From: an uncultured Alphaproteobacteria bacterium
GTDB taxonomy: Bacteria > Pseudomonadota > Alphaproteobacteria > UBA6615
Direction: 5' to 3'
Length of the DNA stretch: 64,000 nucleotides
Assembly: GCA_943787445.1 (NCBI GenBank)
Contig: CALSML010000025.1
Span: 1,335-65,334 of the forward strand
Shown here: positions 57,930-64,000 of the stretch, in pieces
How positions within the stretch are numbered: position 1 is the first letter of the stretch
Layout of the letters: each line of letters opens with the position of its first letter
Notes under the pieces: generated by a model
Database searches by the model: none
Told to the model about the DNA's origin: nothing
What the model saw: the letters and a program-made list of their open reading frames with translations, nothing else
Translations under genes and position numbers: made by a program

Positions 57930-59242
57930 TCGGCTGCCTCCTGCCATGGGTTGTGTCCAAATCCCTTGTCGAGAGCGGGCTTCGTCAAAACTTCGGACAA
58001 TTGCTCCAAGCTATCAAGATTGTGGATTGAACGGAATTCGTCGACATGGGGGAGCAAGGCCTGCGCACCCAGTGATTTCGGTTCGTAACGATCATAACGT
58101 AAGAGCGGGTTCAGCCAGATCAAGCGGCGACAGGACATGTGCAGGCGCTCGATTTCGCGTTCCAGGCCATCGGCGGCGTCCCGATCCAGTCCGTCGCTGA
58201 TGAACAGGACCACGGCACCCTGTCCCAGGACACGTCGCGACCAGTTGGTGTTGAAATCGTGCAGCGAGTGCCCGATCCGGGTTCCCCCGGACCAGTCATC
58301 AACCGCTTCCCCGACCTTGTCGAGGGCCTCGTCCACATCCTTGTTGCGAAGCTGACGGGTCACATTTGTCAGGCGCGTCCCAAAAAGGAACGTGTGCACC
58401 CGGTCCCGGTCATTGGTGATGGCGTGCATGAAATGCAGCACCATGCGTGAATAGCGGCTCATCGATCCGGAAATGTCGCACAGCACGACGAGTGGAGGAT
58501 GGCGGCGTTTGCGCTTGCGGAACTGCAGTGGAATCGATGCCCCGCCGCCCCGCATCGCGGCACGCAGGGTGTTCCGCATGTCGATACGGCGACCGCCGGA
58601 ATCAGGTTTGAAGCGGCGTGGTGGGCACTTCCATGATCGGAAGGCGCAATACGGGCGATGGCGCGTTTGGCTGCTTCCAGTTCTTCGCTGGACATTTTTT
58701 CGAAGTCGGTTTCCTGCAGGACCTCGTTGGCAGACCAGGTCCATCACCGCATCCACGGTGATATCGGGGTCTTCCTCTTCGCCATTGCCTTCGCCCTCTC
58801 CGGGCGTGGTCGGGCGGATTTCTGCTTGAGTGCCTCAGCAAGGCGTCGGTTCATCTCCTCGGCTTGTTGCTGGGCCTCGGGATCGACAAAGGAAGGGCAG
58901 CACCAGCGAGGCCATGCGTTCGAGCAGTTTCGGATTGCGCCAAAAAATGTGGAAGGCCTGATCGAAGATTTCACGCTGATCGCGGCGATTCACAAACACC
59001 GCGTGCAGGGCCCAATAGAAATCCTCGCGATTGTCGATTCCGATGGTTTCGACAGCCTTGATGCCTTCGATCACCTTGCCGGGGCCAACCGGCAGTCCGG
59101 CAGATCGCAGAACGCGCGCGAAATGCATGATGTTGGTCGCAATTTTCCCCGCATCCACATCCTCGACATTGTCGAGTTTGTCGAGCCTGGCCTTGGCATT
59201 CAGGGCCGGCCGTGCCTCGTCGGGGATGGCCTTCTCGGACAC
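57926..59242 (-). CDS. VWA domain protein (CoxE-like); multiple frameshifts
   Basis: FARVLRSAGLPVG, IDMR.TLR, DISGSM, FGTRLT, WSGGTRIG, SDG, WLNP. Confidence 0.85.
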
Positions 59243-59245
59243 GGG

Positions 59246-60172
59246 TCAGCCGGATGCCAGCTGCGCGGTCGCGATCTCGCTCTTGACCTCGTCGAGGATT
59301 TTTGAGGCTTCGCTGCCACGAATTTTGGCGATGTCATCCTGATACTTCAGCAGGACTCCCAAAGTGTCGTCGATGGCATCGGGTGTGAGCTCGATGATGT
59401 CGAGCTGATGCAGGGCCGAGGCCCAGTCGATCGTCTCGGCAATACCAGGAACCTTGAAGAGGTCCATGGCGCGCAGGCGCTGCACGAATTCGACCACCTG
59501 ACGGGACAGTTCCTCGTTTGCCTGCGGGGCCTTGATTGCCAGAATCTCCAGTTCGCGTTCCGCGTCGGGATAGTCGACCCAGTAGTAAAAACAACGGCGC
59601 TTCAGGGCATCGTGAATTTCACGTGTCCGGTTCGAGGTAACGATGACAATGGGGGTTTCGGCCGCTTTGACGGTTCCGATTTCCGGAATGGTGATCTGGA
59701 AGTCGGACAACACTTCGAGGAGATAGGCCTCGAAGGCTTCATCGGTCCGGTCGAGTTCATCGATCAGCAGAACCGGGGCGCCGCCGTCGGACGGTTCGAG
59801 CGCCTGCAGCAGGGGGCGTCGGATCAGGAACTTGTCGGAGAATATGTCGTTCCCGAGCTGATCGCGATCCTTGACCCCTTCGGCCTCGGCCATGCGGATT
59901 TCGATCATCTGGGAGGAGTAGTTCCACTCATAAACGGCGGACGCTACATCCAGGCCTTCGTAACATTGTAGGCGCACCAGCTTGCGGCCGAGGGTCTCGG
60001 ACAGGACCTTGGCGATCTCGGTCTTGCCGACACCCGCCTCACCTTCGAGGAAGAGGGGGCGACCAAGCTGGAGCGACAGGTGGACCGCCGTGGCCAGGCT
60101 GCGATCAGACACGTAGTTGCCCAACCCGAGAAGTTTGAGAGTGTCTTCAACGTTTTCAGGAATGTTGCTCAA
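59246..60172 (-). CDS. MoxR-family AAA+ ATPase (CoxD-like)
   Basis: LEGEAGVGKT, RLQCYEG, LLIDE, TSNRTRE..DALKRRC. Confidence 0.93.
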   Translation of the reverse strand: MSNIPENVEDTLKLLGLGNYVSDRSLATAVHLSLQLGRPLFLEGEAGVGKTEIAKVLSETLGRKLVRLQCYEGLDVASAVYEWNYSSQMIEIRMAEAEGVKDRDQLGNDIFSDKFLIRRPLLQALEPSDGGAPVLLIDELDRTDEAFEAYLLEVLSDFQITIPEIGTVKAAETPIVIVTSNRTREIHDALKRRCFYYWVDYPDAERELEILAIKAPQANEELSRQVVEFVQRLRAMDLFKVPGIAETIDWASALHQLDIIELTPDAIDDTLGVLLKYQDDIAKIRGSEASKILDEVKSEIATAQLASG

Positions 60173-60345
60173 GATAATTCGCCTGGTCTGCGTGTTTGTG
60201 TATTCCGTGCGGTGGGGTGCCGACAGACGGCAACCTGCCGGAATGTGAAGTGTTCGGTATTGATATAGCCCAATGGAGCCAAACCGGGGAACAAAGACGG
60301 CCGGAGCATTGCCCCGGCCGCTTTAAACAGGGATCATCCGTTGAG

Positions 60346-61143
60346 TCAGCTGGCAGCGTCGACCGCGCGGCTGGCCATCACCGAAATCAGATGGGCGCGA
60401 TATTCCGCAGATGCATGAATATCGGAGTTGAGATCGTCATCGGACATTTTCACGCCCTTGGCCGCATCGGCACTCCAGCTGCCTGAAAGGGCGGATTCGA
60501 TCTCGCCAGCGCGGAACACACCGTCCTGACCGGCGCCGGTGACGGACACGCGGGTCTCACCGCCGGTCTGGGCCACCATCACACCAACCAGCGCATAGCG
60601 CGAAGCTGGGTTCGGGAATTTGGCGTAACCGGCCTTTTCGGGAACTGGGAAACGGATGGCCGTGACCAGCTCGTCTTCTTCGAGATTGGTGGCAAACATG
60701 CCGTCGAAAAAATCATCTGCAGCGATTTCACGCTTGTTGGTGATCACGGTTGCGTTGAGGGCCAGTACAGCGGCCGGATAATCGGCGGCCGGATCGTTGT
60801 TGGCAATGGAGCCACCAATGGTCCCGCGATTGCGCACCTGCGGATCGCCGATATTGCCGGCAAGACGCTGCAGGGCCGGGATCTTAATGCCGACGACATC
60901 GGACGAGGCCACTTCGACATGCCGGGTCATCGCTCCGATGGTGATCGAGTCACCGCCATCTTCAATGCCGACAAGGCCGTCAATACCCGAAAGATCGACG
61001 AGATTCGAAGGCTGCGCCAGACGCATCTTCAGGGTGGGGATCAGGGTCATGCCACCGGCAAGGAATTTACCGTCCTCTGCTGAGGACAATGCGCTAACCG
61101 CATCATCCTGAGAACCGGCCTTCTGATAATTGAACTGGTACAT
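60346..61143 (-). CDS. coxM: Form II CO dehydrogenase-like FAD subunit
   Basis: LAGGMTL, DPQVRNRGTIGGS.ANNDPAADYP, PASRYA. Confidence 0.9.
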   Translation of the reverse strand: MYQFNYQKAGSQDDAVSALSSAEDGKFLAGGMTLIPTLKMRLAQPSNLVDLSGIDGLVGIEDGGDSITIGAMTRHVEVASSDVVGIKIPALQRLAGNIGDPQVRNRGTIGGSIANNDPAADYPAAVLALNATVITNKREIAADDFFDGMFATNLEEDELVTAIRFPVPEKAGYAKFPNPASRYALVGVMVAQTGGETRVSVTGAGQDGVFRAGEIESALSGSWSADAAKGVKMSDDDLNSDIHASAEYRAHLISVMASRAVDAAS

Positions 61144-61165
61144 CGTCTATCTCCCTCGCCAGACG

Positions 61166-63553
61166 TTATTCCGCCGCCTGGCGGACACTAGATGCTTGAA
61201 TAGCCTGCCAGACCCGATTGGGTGTGGCAGGCATGGAAATATTTTCGACGCCAAGAGGCGCCAATGCGTCAAGAATCGCGTTGACCACCGCTGGTGGTGA
61301 TCCGATCGCGCCCACTTCACCCACGCCCTTCACTTCGAGCGGGTTGGATGCACCCATGACGCTCTGGGTGGCGACATCAAAATTCGGCAGATCGTCTGCC
61401 CGCGGCATGGTGTAGTCCATGTAGGAGCCTGTCAGAAGCTGCCCGTCATCATCATAGACGCAGCCCTCCAGCACAGCCTGACCAACGCCCTGAGCAAGGC
61501 CGCCATGTACCTGGCCGGCGACGATCATCGGATTGACCACCCGGCCGACATCGTCAACCGCAGTGAACCCGATCACGTCGATATTGCCGGTTTCAGGGTC
61601 GATTTCGACTTCGCAGATATGCGCGCCGCCCGGGGGAAGCTGAAGTTGAGCGGGTCATAGAATGCGTTTTCATCCAGACCTGGCTCGATCTCCTCGATCG
61701 GATAATTGTGGGGGACATAGGCGGCCAGCGAGACTTCGCCGAAGGCCATTTCCTTGTCCGTTCCCGCAACCGTGAACTTGCCATTTGCAAATTCGATATC
61801 GGAGGACATCGGCTTCCATGATGTGCGCCGCGATCTTCTTTGCCTTGTCGATGACCTTGTTGCAGGCGTTCAGGATCGCCGGGCCGCCAACGGCCAGGGA
61901 GCGTGATCCATAGGTGCCCATGCCGAACTGGACCTGATCCGTGTCGCCATGGCTGACCTCAATCTGGTCCACGGGGATGACCGAAGCTTTCGGAGACGAG
62001 CTGGGCAAAGGTCGTTTCGTGACCCTGACCATGGCTGTGAGTGCCTGTATAGAGCGTGACCGAGCCGGTTGGATGCACCCGCACCTGAAGCGGATTCATA
62101 GAGACCGGCGCGAGCGCCCAGAGCGCCTGCGACAGCCGAGGGTGCAATCCCGCAGGCCTCGACATAGGTGGAGATGCCAATACCACGCAACTTGCCGTTT
62201 TTCGCAGCCGCATCACGTCGGGCAGCGAAACCATCATAGTCGGATGCCTTTAGGGCGCTTGCGAATGTCGCCGGGGAATCCCCACAATCGTACTGGAGCG
62301 CGACCGGTGTCTGATAGGGGTACTGGTCGGCCTGAATCATGTTCTTTCTGCCGCAGCTCAACCGGGTCGAAGCCGAGATCACGGGCGGCTTTTGAAACCA
62401 GCCGTTCGAGAAGATAGGTGCATTCCGGACGGCCTGCGCCGCGATAGGCATCCCACCGGGACAGTGTTGGTGAATACGGTCTGCACTTCGGCATAAATCG
62501 CCGGTGTCGTGTACACACCCGCCAGAAGTGTCGCGTAGAGATAGGTCGGGACGCTCGAGCCGAAGGTTGAGAGGTAAGCGCCCCACATTGGCCTTGGTCG
62601 CGACGCCGCAAGCCCAAGAACTTTCCGTCCTTGTCGAGTGCAAGTTCGGCATGGGTTTCGTGATCACGCCCATGGGCATCGGTCACGAAGGATTCCGAAC
62701 GTTCCGCCGTCCATTTGATCGGGCGGTGCACCTTGGCCGCGGCCCAAGTCAGGATCGCTTCTTCGGCATAGTGAAAAATCTTGGACCCGAACCCGCCGCC
62801 AACATCAGGCGCCACGATGCGCAGCTTGTGTTCGGGTATGTTCAGCACGAATGCGCCCATCAGGAGGCGAATGACGTGTGGATTTTGGGTCGTCGTATAG
62901 AGAGTGTATCGCCCGGTTGTGCGATCAAATTCGGAGATCGCCGCGCGGGGCTCCATGGCATTTGGGATCAGGCGGTTGTTCGCCAGATCAATGGAGACGA
63001 CATGGTCGGCATTGCCGAACGCGGCATCTGTCGCGTCCTTGTCGCCGATTTCCCAGTCGAAGCAACGATTGTTTGGAACATCGTCATGCACGAGCGTTGT
63101 TCCGGCCAGTGCCGCGTCCATATTGATTGCAGCGTCCAGAATACCGTAGTCCACGGAAATCAATTCGGCCGCATCGCGGGCTTGATCACGGGTTTCAGCA
63201 ATCACGATTGCGATCTGATCGCCCACATGACGCACCTTGTCGACCGCGAGGGGCGGATGCCCCGGCTCGGCCATGGGGGAGCCGTCCTTGTTGTGGATTT
63301 GCCAGCCGCAGGGCAGGCCGCCGACGCCATCGGCCGCCATGTCCACGCCGGTGAATATGGCAATGACACCGGGGGCTGATTCGGCCTTTGTCGTGTCGAC
63401 GGCATTCAGCTTTGCATGGGCATGCGGCGAGCGCAGAATCCATGCATGGCTCTGGTCAGGCTGATTGATATCGTCCGTATAGTGGCCGTTACCAGTGAGG
63501 AAGCGAAGATCCTCAACGCGTTTGATGGCAACACCGATCCCGGTTTCCGACAT
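61166..63553 (-). CDS. coxL: Form II CO dehydrogenase-like molybdopterin subunit; multiple frameshifts
   Basis: [53 protein letters not shown]. Confidence 0.88.
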
Positions 63554-63557
63554 GGTT

Positions 63558-64000
63558 TTATCCTCGTAGGGCTTTGGCGCCGGCGAGAATGGATTTAACG
63601 ATATTGTGGTAGCCGGTGCAGCGGCAGAGGTTGCCCTCAAGCCATTCACGAACTTCACGTTCACTGGGGTCAGCGTTCTTCTGAACCAAATCCAGGGCAC
63701 TCATGACCATGCCCGGCGTGCAGAAACCGCACTGCAGACCATGGTTCTCTCGGAAGGCTTCCTGCATCGGATGCAGTTCATCACCATTGGCCAGGCCTTC
63801 GATGGTGGTCACATCAGCGCCCTCGGCCTGAGCTGCCAGCATGGTGCAGGACTTCAGGGATTCGCCGTTGACGTGAACAACGCATGCGCCGCACTGGCTG
63901 GTATCGCAACCGACATGGGTGCCGGTCAGACCAAGACTTTCACGAAGATACTGAACAAGAAGCGTCCGCGCCTCGACTTCGGCCGAAACAGACTTTCCGT
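63558..64000 (-). CDS. coxS: Form II CO dehydrogenase-like 2Fe-2S subunit (5' end outside window)
   Basis: [31 protein letters not shown]. Confidence 0.92.
   Translation of the reverse strand, partial: GKSVSAEVEARTLLVQYLRESLGLTGTHVGCDTSQCGACVVHVNGESLKSCTMLAAQAEGADVTTIEGLANGDELHPMQEAFRENHGLQCGFCTPGMVMSALDLVQKNADPSEREVREWLEGNLCRCTGYHNIVKSILAGAKALRG

Overview
A gene-dense, GC-rich bacterial window. Gene content (CyaC-like cyclase, form II coxSLM, SapC, CGTC-type repeats) points to an alphaproteobacterium, probably Rhodospirillales-like; this is inference. The first ~43 kb is mostly accessory catabolism. It holds an IclR/PcaR regulator with a perfect operator next to an intradiol dioxygenase, amt-glnK, glycerate kinase, and a GC-rich segment with a flavin monooxygenase, TetR, REP-like repeats and a deiodinase-like gene. 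It also holds a candidate uncharacterised pathway (SDR, two cyclase-family hydrolases, a non-canonical HisD/HpsN-like dehydrogenase, duplicated Arg-less TRAP receptors, DctQM and a cupin), an orphan coxM-coxS pair, and a second GntR-TRAP-hydrolase cluster. The last ~20 kb holds a GldA/F/G-like ABC system, SapC, a heme/2Fe-2S adenylate cyclase and a form II cox (xanthine dehydrogenase family) cluster with maturation genes. I found no rRNA, tRNA, CRISPR array, transposase or integrase. Frameshifts become very dense after ~48 kb and most look like consensus (long-read) errors. All calls come from motifs read by eye; no database searches were run.
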